Shown: piece after piece, positions 15,921-23,487 of the stretch
Layout: the number at the start of each line of letters is the position of its first letter
Numbering within the stretch: position 1 is the first letter of the stretch
The notes under the pieces: model-generated
What the model was told of the DNA's origin: nothing
What the model saw: the letters and a program-made list of their open reading frames with translations, nothing else
Databases searched by the model: none
IMG/VR virus record: IMGVR_UViG_3300011335_000526
Location: 1 to 41,438 of that record
Origin: a virus
Taxonomy: Duplodnaviria > Caudoviricetes
Reading direction: 5' to 3' (one strand)
DNA: 41,438 bases
Made by a program: the position numbers and the translations under genes

Positions 15921-16916
15921 TCATCGCGAAGAAACCATTGAGATAATTGCCGCGGCACAATTTCGAACAGCGGTTAATGCGTCCTGCGACCACGCAGGAT
16001 GACCAAGTCTTTCGAGCGAATCTTTTGCGTCAGTCTCCATGCACTCTGCAAAACTCTTAGCCTTTTCAATCTCTGGCTTCAGTGCTTCGAGGCGTGCGGC
16101 CTGAGCGGCTTCGCGTTCGGCTTTGGCTTTCGCTTCAGCAGCCTTGCGAAGTTCTTCCTGCTGTCGGAATAACTCCGCCTTCTCTAATTCCATCGCCTTG
16201 CGTTGCTCAGCCAAGGCGGCTTCGTCAGCCAGTCGCTGCTTCTCCATTTCTCCGGCCCGGATGCGGAGTTCTTCGGCCTGTCGCTTCGACTCTTCAGCCA
16301 GCTTTGCAGCGAGTTCTTCGCGTTCCTTGCGTTGCTTCGCCTCAAATTCTTCAGCGATGCGTTTCTCTTCAGCAATGACAGCGGCCTGCTCCTCAGCGGC
16401 TTTCTTTGCCTTGGAGAACCACCACATCCATTCATCGTCGGGAAGCTCTACAGCGACCCAATCAATGGCGATGCCATTGGCCACAATGTCATTGACGCGG
16501 CTTTGCTTCTTTGCGACTTTCTCCGCTTCCTTTGCAGCCTTCTCGGCTTTCTCAACAGCGTCAAAAGCGTCGCGTTCAGCCTTCAATTTTGCTTCGACTC
16601 CGTCGACTTTTTCAGTCAACTGTTTCGCGATGCTGTCGACCGTCCGCCCGTATTCCAAAGCATCGGCCTTGAGTTCTTTTCGCTTCTTCTCGATGTTCGC
16701 GTTTAGTTTCTTGACGAACTTGTGAGCCTCTTCAACCTGTCCGATTCCGGCCTCTGCCACGGTCAAAAGACCATAGGGCAAAACCTGTTCAATCATTGCG
16801 TTGAATGTCGACAGCTCCTGAACGGCCCTGTCTGTCATCGTGAGTTCTTGTGTTTGCACTTGTTCCTCCTGTTCGTAAATTCCGCTGTGGTCAATTGTCG
16901 TCCTGCCCATCTGCAT
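15921..16916 (-). CDS. Coiled-coil phage protein (DUF1351-like)
   Basis: IEKKRKELKADALEYGRTVD motif and a long Glu/Ala/Lys helix; next to the recombination genes. Confidence 0.65.
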   Translation of the reverse strand: MQMGRTTIDHSGIYEQEEQVQTQELTMTDRAVQELSTFNAMIEQVLPYGLLTVAEAGIGQVEEAHKFVKKLNANIEKKRKELKADALEYGRTVDSIAKQLTEKVDGVEAKLKAERDAFDAVEKAEKAAKEAEKVAKKQSRVNDIVANGIAIDWVAVELPDDEWMWWFSKAKKAAEEQAAVIAEEKRIAEEFEAKQRKEREELAAKLAEESKRQAEELRIRAGEMEKQRLADEAALAEQRKAMELEKAELFRQQEELRKAAEAKAKAEREAAQAARLEALKPEIEKAKSFAECMETDAKDSLERLGHPAWSQDALTAVRNCAAAIISMVSSR

Positions 16917-16930
16917 TCCCTCCGTCGACG

Positions 16931-16958
16931 AAAAAGGCGCGGAGGTTGCCCCGCGCCT
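16931..16958 (-). terminator. Intrinsic terminator after the SSB gene
   Basis: AGGCGCGG/CCGCGCCT stem followed by TTTT on the minus strand. Confidence 0.7.
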
Positions 16959-16970
16959 ATGTTGTTGAGA

Positions 16971-17420
16971 CTACCAGCCAGCAGGCTTGCCAGCGGTTGC
17001 TGTCTTTTCCGCAGGAGCAGATGACGACGCGGGAAGGCAGGCTTTGTAACCCTTGACTTCGTTCTGGTTGTTGCCGTTGTATTCCTTCACGGCCAGCTTG
17101 ATCATCAGCGGTTTCATGTGCAGGGCTGAAGAGTCGGGAGGCTTCGGAATGTTCAGTGCCTCGCAAACCTTCTTGAACTGCTGCTGAGCAATCGTCGTTG
17201 CCTCCGGATTCTTGTTCCAAAGGTTAAACCGATCGATCACGGTTCGATTCTTAAACGGCCCGTCGACGATCTGCAGCTTGACCTGCAACAACTCGCTCGC
17301 CCCGTCCTTCGTTTTCTTGCGTTCGCTCTCGGTCATGACAGCGCGATACTCGCCCGCAGGCAGAGCCTCAAACTCGCTGTCCTTCACTTGCGATGCGTCA
17401 TATCCACCTAAATCAGCCAT
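16971..17420 (-). CDS. DUF669-like single-stranded DNA-binding protein
   Basis: FEALPAGEY, GPFKNRTVIDRFNL, NEVKGY, C-terminal PAGW; adjacent to the Sak4-like ATPase. Confidence 0.85.
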   Translation of the reverse strand: MADLGGYDASQVKDSEFEALPAGEYRAVMTESERKKTKDGASELLQVKLQIVDGPFKNRTVIDRFNLWNKNPEATTIAQQQFKKVCEALNIPKPPDSSALHMKPLMIKLAVKEYNGNNQNEVKGYKACLPASSSAPAEKTATAGKPAGW

Positions 17421-17421
17421 C

Positions 17422-18189
17422 TCAATTACCTTTCAAAACTTCACTCGGGACAAAAAACTCTGCATACTTCTCGAACGAAAACTCAACCATTTCTTCCGGC
17501 ATGTTCAAACGGTTCTTGGCACGGACTCCCGCCGTTGGCTGCGTCCTGACGAAACGCTCGCTGCCACCCGCCGCGATGTTTCGAGTGCGATTAAATCCGG
17601 TGTCTTCTTTGACTGCGTAAGTCCGGAATGATCCGAAGAAAACTTCCTGGCACCAGTCGCAAAGGAGATCACGAGCGAACTCACAAACGGACGGCTCCCA
17701 GCGTTCGTACGATGGCGCATCTGGCGGCGTAATCTTCACGGCCTCGCTGTGAGCAAGCAGGATGATTCCCAGCCCGCGTTCTGTGTGCAGCCAGTCCAGT
17801 TGGAACTTAATTTTGTCCCACATCGCCTCGATGAACTTGTTGCCCTTGCCGTACGAGAACTTGTCGTCAGCCATGTTCTCGACGTTCTTCTCTTTGCAGA
17901 TCTGCTTTTCGATGATCCGCTGCAAAGCGTCGATTGTGTCGATGGCAATCCAGCGATAAGGAAACTCACCTTTTGCGGCTGCTGTGTCGCAATGCAACCA
18001 GAATTCCTGCCACTCATCCCACGTTCGAATCGGTGGCGTCTTATCCATGTCAACGTCTCGATCGTCTTCGAGATTGGCTAACAGTGCCCCGCCGAATGCC
18101 TGCGAAGCAAACGTTGTCTTTCCGATAAAGTTCGTCCCATGAAACAGGACACGACGTGGTCCGCCCTGTTTTCCTTTCAAGATCTTCAC
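17422..18189 (-). CDS. Sak4-like AAA ATPase (phage recombination protein)
   Basis: Walker A HGTNFIGKTT, Walker B IAIDTID, YGKG, LLAH, AKNR; GTG 18189 preferred. Confidence 0.85.
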   Translation of the reverse strand: MKILKGKQGGPRRVLFHGTNFIGKTTFASQAFGGALLANLEDDRDVDMDKTPPIRTWDEWQEFWLHCDTAAAKGEFPYRWIAIDTIDALQRIIEKQICKEKNVENMADDKFSYGKGNKFIEAMWDKIKFQLDWLHTERGLGIILLAHSEAVKITPPDAPSYERWEPSVCEFARDLLCDWCQEVFFGSFRTYAVKEDTGFNRTRNIAAGGSERFVRTQPTAGVRAKNRLNMPEEMVEFSFEKYAEFFVPSEVLKGN

Positions 18190-18563
18190 TGCTCTTTTCT
18201 CCGCTCTAAATGACACTCAGAACACAACACTCTCAAACCATCCGATTCGCAGAACAGCCGATCGGCGAACACGCTCAGATCGGCAAATGATTTCAATGAG
18301 CCACATGGCTCGATGTGGTCAACCTCAACCTCTTTGCGTGCAAACCATTGGTCGCAACGTTCGCATAAAAACTCCCACTTCAGCCTCTTGTTGTCGCTCT
18401 GGCTTTTGCGTTTCACTCGCTCCAGTGCATGACGAACAAGCGGAGGCCATCGACGTGACAACTGACGAAGACCGGAGCGGATGAATCCCCAGAACGCAGC
18501 TTCAGTCCACTCACCCCCGGCGCGAGTTCTCTCGACTCTGTTTGTCTTCGCTTTGCGGCTCAT
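18186..18563 (-). CDS. HNH endonuclease
   Basis: CERC..EVDHIEP..LRVLCSECH; ATG 18563 preferred. Confidence 0.85.
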   Translation of the reverse strand: MSRKAKTNRVERTRAGGEWTEAAFWGFIRSGLRQLSRRWPPLVRHALERVKRKSQSDNKRLKWEFLCERCDQWFARKEVEVDHIEPCGSLKSFADLSVFADRLFCESDGLRVLCSECHLERRKEQ

Positions 18564-18811
18564 CCCTGCCCCCTCAATACGCCCATGCCGCCCGGCAGCA
18601 TCTTTGTGCTGCATTCCCTAATCATCGGGGCTCGATACACGCCTTTGTTCTCCGGATGATCAGGCCGTTCCATGCGAATCATTTCCGCCAGCCCGATTGT
18701 TGTCTCCGTGCCCCAGATCTCTTCCAAGGAAGGATCTCTGGTCATTGGCTTGTGGCCTGTCGGAGCGTGTAATCTGTTGGATTTCTTTCCGGCTTTCTTG
18801 CGTCGTGTCAT
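18560..18811 (-). CDS. Hypothetical protein
   Basis: 83 aa, coupled to csrA; DPSLEEI motif. Confidence 0.65.
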   Translation of the reverse strand: MTRRKKAGKKSNRLHAPTGHKPMTRDPSLEEIWGTETTIGLAEMIRMERPDHPENKGVYRAPMIRECSTKMLPGGMGVLRGQG

Positions 18812-19080
18812 TACACTTTCCTCCGCATCAGTTCGCCGGGAAGTCGTTCACCAATTCGAATCACTGGCACAAGCGGAGCGATTGGAAACGCCTCTGGATT
18901 GAAGCCAGTTTCCTGAATCGCGTCGTGAATCTCTTTGCGATCAATCCTCACGCTTTTCGATGCTGTGAAGCCGAGCCGTGCGTGGTTAGTTCCAATCGTG
19001 TCGACCAGCTTGACCACGATTGTTTCTTCGCCGACCGTGATAATGATTTCTTCGCTGACTGATCTTCGAAGCACTAGCAT
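18811..19080 (-). CDS. csrA: Carbon storage regulator CsrA/RsmA homolog
   Basis: MLVLRR..EEIII....RLGFTASKSVRIDRKEI matches the CsrA pattern MLVLTR..E.I.I..V.LGI.AP..V.I.R.E; RBS AAGGA. Confidence 0.9.
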   Translation of the reverse strand: MLVLRRSVSEEIIITVGEETIVVKLVDTIGTNHARLGFTASKSVRIDRKEIHDAIQETGFNPEAFPIAPLVPVIRIGERLPGELMRRKV

Positions 19081-19107
19081 TTGAAGTCCTTTCGTTAAGA
19101 ATAAAAA

Positions 19108-19340
19108 CCTGCGAACAGTCTCGACGTGACTGCTAAGAACGTCGAACCCTTGGTGACTGTTCGCAGGAGTACAAAATCAGAGCCTGCCACGCCTTCATTG
19201 GCTTGCGGGGGCCAGCCGTTGAAAATCATTTTCCAATGCAGCAGGCTCTGAGGGAGATTCGCCCGCCGCCGTTGACAGCGGGCCGGACAGAAACGATCTG
19301 CCCGTTCCGATTTAATCTGGTGAACCCTTGCTCTCGCCGG
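19108..19340 (-). ncRNA. Structured leader/ncRNA upstream of csrA
   Basis: 13-bp IR CCTGCGAACAGTC(19108-20)/GACTGTTCGCAGG(19155-67) with inner TCGACGT/ACGTCGA; 10-bp IR CAGAGCCTGC(19178-87)/GCAGGCTCTG(19241-50) enclosing two hairpins; further hairpins at 19261-19300. Confidence 0.5.
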
Positions 19341-19481
19341 TTAGTACGTTGGCGGGTAGTTGTCTCTCGCCCACTTGTTCCCACGCTTGATCTGGTTTCG
19401 CTCGTCAGCGAGTTGCGATGATCCGGCCGCGAACCACGCCAAGACGATCAGCAGAGCAGTTGCGATGATTTCATTGAGCAT
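19341..19481 (-). CDS. 46-aa protein with N-terminal hydrophobic helix (not in the ORF track)
   Basis: MLNEIIATALLIVLAWFAAGSSQLADERNQIKRGNKWARDNYPPTY; RBS GGAGG. Confidence 0.6.
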   Translation of the reverse strand: MLNEIIATALLIVLAWFAAGSSQLADERNQIKRGNKWARDNYPPTY

Positions 19482-19755
19482 TTACCAGCCTCCTTTGCTT
19501 CACATACACACTACGAGCGAACTCAATCTTTGACTTTGCGACTTCTCTCCGAAGACATCCGCACGATTTGCAATTACCGCTGACGATTCGATGTCTAAGC
19601 GTCACGACGTATTGGCCGCATTCACACCGGCACTTGTAAACGTGTTTACCGCCGCTTGTTTTTGTTGCTCCGACTGTGCCGAGCTTTTTCAGGACGGTTA
19701 GCCGTGAGCCTGCTGCGGGGATTGGTGGCGTTTCAATTTTTGGACGTCCTGTCAT
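19471..19755 (-). CDS. Stand-alone Cys-rich DNA-binding domain of the type found in HNH/AP2 endonucleases
   Basis: GSRLTVL..YKCRCECG..GNCKSCGCLRRE; no nuclease domain follows. Confidence 0.75.
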   Translation of the reverse strand: MTGRPKIETPPIPAAGSRLTVLKKLGTVGATKTSGGKHVYKCRCECGQYVVTLRHRIVSGNCKSCGCLRREVAKSKIEFARSVYVKQRRLVNAQ

Positions 19756-20108
19756 GCCTGCTCCTTTGCTTCAAACAACTGCCCGCCATCTCGCTCCGCA
19801 TCCAGCCGAATGCACAGGTCTTCGTTTCGCTTAATCTCGTCAGCCCGCTTTCGGAAGTTGTCAAGCTTCTTCGCGTACTGAACAGGATCGACCTTTAAGT
19901 CTGAGCAGAACCGATTGCAGCAGGCTTCGGCCAACTCGCTCGATGTCATTGGCTGCCCGTGTTCTCGAAGCACTTCCAAGCATTGCAGTTGACGGGCTGT
20001 CACTGTTGGCTGGATTCGTTCGGCTGCTTTGTGCGATGTGATCGGGTCGCTGTGGCGTGCGATTGGGGCTGTTGCTTCGGGGCAGTCGAAGAGAGTTAGT
20101 TGGCTCAC
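19752..20108 (-). CDS. Winged-helix-like phage protein
   Basis: QLTLFD, ARHSDPITSHKAA, then MTSSELA..RKRADE. Confidence 0.7.
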   Translation of the reverse strand: MSQLTLFDCPEATAPIARHSDPITSHKAAERIQPTVTARQLQCLEVLREHGQPMTSSELAEACCNRFCSDLKVDPVQYAKKLDNFRKRADEIKRNEDLCIRLDAERDGGQLFEAKEQA

Positions 20109-20263
20109 GCTTTCCGCCCCTTAAAATACTTCGCCGCGATCCGCCACAACACGCCCTGCCGACTTTCGCCGGTCTTCGTTGCTTCATCCGCCAACGGCTT
20201 TTGCAGTTCCGGCGGAACACGCAGCAGCAGTTGAGGATTGCCTTTGGGTTTTTGTTTTCTCAC
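20105..20263 (-). CDS. Arc/Mnt-like ribbon-helix-helix repressor (not in the ORF track)
   Basis: 52 aa MRKQKPKGNPQLLLRVPPELQKPLADEATKTGESRQGVLWRIAAKYLRGGKA; parallels Arc PQFNLRWP..GRSVN; GTGA-coupled on both sides. Confidence 0.8.
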   Translation of the reverse strand: MRKQKPKGNPQLLLRVPPELQKPLADEATKTGESRQGVLWRIAAKYFKGRKA

Positions 20264-20415
20264 TTGATTGCCTTTACTTCCCGCACCTCAAACACTTGCT
20301 CGCGTCCTGGCGTTTCGTCCAGAATCACAATCGCGACGCGATCACCGTTTTTGCTGTCGAATTCAATAAACGTCCCGACATCGCCGTTTACTGATACTCG
20401 CGTTCCTCGTGTCAT
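20260..20415 (-). CDS. Small hypothetical protein, first gene of the early operon
   Basis: ATG 20415 with RBS AAGGA preferred; the track start at 20457 overlaps the predicted -10 box. Confidence 0.6.
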   Translation of the reverse strand: MTRGTRVSVNGDVGTFIEFDSKNGDRVAIVILDETPGREQVFEVREVKAIK

Positions 20416-20455
20416 CGTTCTTTTCCTTGCTGGTGTTTTGCGTCTCGGTGCGGGC

Positions 20456-20498
20456 ATGATATCACTATCGACAAGGGCGTCAATGCGGGTGATATCAT
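20456..20498 (-). promoter_or_regulatory. Early promoter flanked by inverted operator-like boxes
   Basis: TTGACG(20483-78)-16 bp-TATCAT(20461-56); ATGATATCAC(20456-65) and GTGATATCAT(20489-98) form a perfect inverted pair, each holding the palindrome TGATATCA. Confidence 0.7.
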
Positions 20499-20593
20499 TT
20501 TGTGAAATTGTGCAAAAGATTTTGTTTTGCCCGTGTTTTTATTAGGTCTTCTGATCAGCTTGACTGCCGAACGGCTTGCGGCGGGCTAGTCAT

Positions 20594-20622
20594 TTGACAT
20601 TTTGCCCGCCCGCGTCAATCCT
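20594..20622 (+). promoter_or_regulatory. Promoter of the plus-strand operon
   Basis: TTGACA(20594-99)-17 bp-AATCCT, 7 nt before the ATG at 20630; the -10 is weak. Confidence 0.45.
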
Positions 20623-20629
20623 GTCCCGC

Positions 20630-20725
20630 ATGGACCCGTCCCGCCGAATCGCCCGTGATCTCAAGGCCTGCCTTGTCGCAGGCCCGATTCTGCTGCTGAT
20701 GTGGTTTGCCAGAGGGTGTGCGTGA
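20630..20725 (+). CDS. 31-aa membrane peptide (not in the ORF track)
   Basis: MDPSRRIARDLKACLVAGPILLLMWFARGCA; TGATG-coupled to the next gene. Confidence 0.5.
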   Translation: MDPSRRIARDLKACLVAGPILLLMWFARGCA

Positions 20726-20976
20726 TGGCTGGGCTTTGCGCGTTTTTGTTTCCCGGCCTCGGACATCTGATCTTAGGCAAGCCCGGCCAAGCTTTGCTTT
20801 GGTGTGTTGGCATCTTCGTTGGCTATCTGATGTTTATCCTGCCTGGCATTTTTCTGCACATTGGCTCAATCGTCCACGCTGCAAAACTGGACCGAAAGCA
20901 ACAGGCGGACATGATGGCAAGGGCCATGCGTGGGGCTCGTGCTGAGCGGCCTGAGACGTGGCAGCAACGCCGCTAA
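20725..20976 (+). CDS. Small membrane protein (TM2-like; candidate superinfection exclusion)
   Basis: AGLCAFLFPGLGHLILGKPGQALLW, the PGLGH.Y.G-type membrane motif; ATG 20725 preferred. Confidence 0.7.
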   Translation: MAGLCAFLFPGLGHLILGKPGQALLWCVGIFVGYLMFILPGIFLHIGSIVHAAKLDRKQQADMMARAMRGARAERPETWQQRR

Positions 20977-21059
20977 ACGCAGCGAGCTTCGACCGATCGG
21001 CTGAAGCCCTTCCCAGACTGCGTTTTTGCGGGTCATGACGCCGCTGCCGTAACTATGAG

Positions 21060-21563
21060 TCAATCGAATTCTGCATCAGGCTTCCACGCAATCGCCTGTA
21101 TGTCTTCGCCCACTTGCTCCGAATCAATCCATCCGAGCCCAGCGTCTCTCATTGCCTGGCTGACCTCACTGGCTGACAGGTTCCGGTAATGTTCTCCATC
21201 CAGCAATCGGTGCTCGCCGTCAATCGCGGAGTGCTCTTCGCGCCCCGGACCAGCGCAGGTCACAATTAGCCGCCCGTCTGGCTTGAGCCAAGAGGACGCA
21301 ACCGCGATGAGTTCCTTCCAGTTGGCCGCGTGCTCAAGAACCTCGCAGCACACGACAAGATCGACTGGTTCTGCCGGTGAATAGGTCGCAGCATCGCACA
21401 CAACGTCGACGGCAGGACCGGGATGCAAGTCGAGCCCGATCCATTGAGCGTTAGGCCAGAACGCACGGGCGCTGCCGTTAATATCACGACTGCCGATCTC
21501 GATGACGGACAACGAATCCATCGAACCGAATTGTTTCAGGAATGTGAGGCATTCAGGATGCAC
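21060..21563 (-). CDS. Class I SAM-dependent methyltransferase
   Basis: VIEIGSRDING, WIGLD, VDVVCD, DLVVCCEVLEH, LKPDGRLIVT. Confidence 0.92.
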   Translation of the reverse strand: MHPECLTFLKQFGSMDSLSVIEIGSRDINGSARAFWPNAQWIGLDLHPGPAVDVVCDAATYSPAEPVDLVVCCEVLEHAANWKELIAVASSWLKPDGRLIVTCAGPGREEHSAIDGEHRLLDGEHYRNLSASEVSQAMRDAGLGWIDSEQVGEDIQAIAWKPDAEFD

Positions 21564-22146
21564 TGGTCAGCCCTCCAGAAAAGTCGGCATGTGATTTGGC
21601 CGCGTGGTCATATCGCAGATCCCACGCAAAGAGAGCGAGCGTCTTCCGGAACTGATTCGCATTGGCTGACACCGGCTTGACCTCGTGCCATTGGTTCGCG
21701 GTCTCAAAGATGATCGCCTGCCCTGGCTCCGGGAAGATCTCCACATTCCCGGCCGGACCTTCAATCATCAGCTGTCCACCGTGCTCAGGATTCCATGATG
21801 AGTTCACGCCCATCACGATTGAGTGCGTGCGCCGCCATGTGCGGATCGGATGACACTCTGCGTCTAGATGCCGGGCAAGGAATCCGCCAGGTGGCATTTG
21901 ATGGCAGCCCGCTGCATGTAGATCGTAATCAATGAACGATTCGCCGATGTGCGGGATGACAGCCAGCGCCAACGCATCCAGAGCGGCGAGACATGCCGGC
22001 GGAAGTCGGTCGCGGTCCATCGAGCCGTACTTATTCCCAGTCTTGCCGTTGTATCGGTGCCAGTATGGCCAGTCCGGTGATGGCCATGCAGCTTCAGCAG
22101 CTCGCACGAGTGAAGCAGGGATTGCGTTCTTGATGATTTCAACCAC
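21553..22146 (-). CDS. 2OG-Fe(II) oxygenase (prolyl-4-hydroxylase-like)
   Basis: GGFLARHLD (HxD), WNPEHGGQL, WHEV, RKTLALF; GTG 22146 preferred. Confidence 0.88.
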   Translation of the reverse strand: MVEIIKNAIPASLVRAAEAAWPSPDWPYWHRYNGKTGNKYGSMDRDRLPPACLAALDALALAVIPHIGESFIDYDLHAAGCHQMPPGGFLARHLDAECHPIRTWRRTHSIVMGVNSSWNPEHGGQLMIEGPAGNVEIFPEPGQAIIFETANQWHEVKPVSANANQFRKTLALFAWDLRYDHAAKSHADFSGGLTSAS

Positions 22147-22993
22147 GTAACTTCTCCTGATACTTGGCCCACTCCGGCCACACCGTCGATTCCCAGTATG
22201 GCAGGTCATACATGCGGCGAGAGTCATTCAAAAACAGGCATGCAGTCTCTCTCGGATCGCACATTTTCCCGAACCATGATTCTGTGCCCGCAAACCACTG
22301 GTCAACATCGCGCCAGTTTCGCTTGCCGATTTCAGCTAATCTCCACCATGCGAACGTCCCTGAGTACGCCCAATCGTGCCACTTTCCGAGCAGCCCATAT
22401 TCCTTGAAACTGCCAGCCATCAGCGATGTTCGGAGTGCGTTGTAAACGGACGGCCAATCGTCCAGACATGACTGATACATCAGGTCCGTCCAGTCTCTCG
22501 TGTGCTTCGGGTCTTCGTACTTCTGTCCTTTTGCGTGGGCGGAAAACACGACTTCATTTGCACCGGCCGACTGTGGTTTCAGAATCTCCAGCATCGGCAA
22601 CCAGGTGACAACCTCGCGGAGTCTTGGAATGTTCTGCCTGATAATCACATGATCGAATTTCAGCCCGAGCGATTCCGCGAACGCCAGAACGACATCCGCT
22701 GGTTTCGCATCTTTGTCTTCCACAATGCCGATGATCTTCTTTCCGTTGAACAGCTTCCACCGCTTTGCCAGTTGTTCCATATTCCATTGCCATGAGTCGC
22801 CTTTGTTTGATGCCCAAACGTGATACGTCAAATGCCGGACGCTGGAAACGAACGGCCCAACTTCAATCCGTGGCCCATCGGCTTCAGATCGCCATCCGGT
22901 GTATGGTCTTCGGCCCGGTCGAGGCTTAGCCACAGCAGCGGCTGGTGATCGCTTTGCCGGGCGTTTGGTTCTTTTTTTTTTGACGGCGGACAC
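22139..22993 (-). CDS. Glycosyltransferase-like domain, probably the C-terminal part of a frameshift fusion
   Basis: TYHV, LREVVT, FSAHAKG, YSGTFAWW, ESWFG resemble HxKG/YSGNFWW-type GT-like phage proteins; no clear SD; entered from the upstream ORF by -1 slip at A10. Confidence 0.55.
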   Translation of the reverse strand: MSAVKKKRTKRPAKRSPAAAVAKPRPGRRPYTGWRSEADGPRIEVGPFVSSVRHLTYHVWASNKGDSWQWNMEQLAKRWKLFNGKKIIGIVEDKDAKPADVVLAFAESLGLKFDHVIIRQNIPRLREVVTWLPMLEILKPQSAGANEVVFSAHAKGQKYEDPKHTRDWTDLMYQSCLDDWPSVYNALRTSLMAGSFKEYGLLGKWHDWAYSGTFAWWRLAEIGKRNWRDVDQWFAGTESWFGKMCDPRETACLFLNDSRRMYDLPYWESTVWPEWAKYQEKLRG

Positions 22994-23487
22994 TCACCGC
23001 CGGTGATAATCGCTTCTGAAAGCCAGTCGTTTAGTTTTGCTTCTGTTCGCCCCAGGTGAAGCACGTCGTCAACAAACGCCAACGCCTTCCATATCACCGG
23101 AGCCTGCTCGGGAATTCGCCCCTTGATATCTGCGATGATTGCCACACGATCAGCTTCGACCTGATCAGGAGTCATTGAGTTGAGCCGCAGGATTGCCCGC
23201 TGACAATCCGGGCACTCAATCTTCAGGCCGGTCACTCGCACAAAGATTGCCTCCAGTGCTGTACCAATAGTTGACAGGTCATCAGCCGGATCGCCATCGC
23301 CAAACTGACTGCGGTCAAGCATCGGAGTTTCTGGAGCCGTCGCGCCGAGTTTGCCTTGTTCCCACGCTTCCCAGTACTTCCAGGCGTTGTCGCCGATGCC
23401 CTGGCAGTATTTGTGCGAGCGGTCGCCCTTCTGGATCTGGTGCCGTTTGCAGTATCCCGCAAGGGGACATTCACACGCTGGGTTCAT
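22828..23487 (-). CDS. Cys-containing protein upstream of the A10 slippery run
   Basis: MNPACECPLAGYCKRH..C; IGTAL..CPDC..LN; ATGA-coupled to the Cys-rich tail protein. Confidence 0.7.
   Translation of the reverse strand: MNPACECPLAGYCKRHQIQKGDRSHKYCQGIGDNAWKYWEAWEQGKLGATAPETPMLDRSQFGDGDPADDLSTIGTALEAIFVRVTGLKIECPDCQRAILRLNSMTPDQVEADRVAIIADIKGRIPEQAPVIWKALAFVDDVLHLGRTEAKLNDWLSEAIITGGECPPSKKKEPNARQSDHQPLLWLSLDRAEDHTPDGDLKPMGHGLKLGRSFPASGI
22972..22981 (-). repeat. A10 homopolymer (candidate -1 frameshift/slippage site)
   Basis: Minus strand TCA AAA AAA AAA GAA; the -1 frame continues for about 280 codons. Confidence 0.65.

Noticed and set aside
15733-15993. 86-aa ORF bridging the coiled-coil gene and the 68-aa gene
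   Set aside because: Overlaps both neighbours heavily; a shorter version from ATG 15924 is possible but unsupported.
20866-21063. 65-aa minus-strand ORF after the methyltransferase
   Set aside because: Overlaps the better supported plus-strand membrane gene and has no motif, although its ATGA overlap leaves some doubt.
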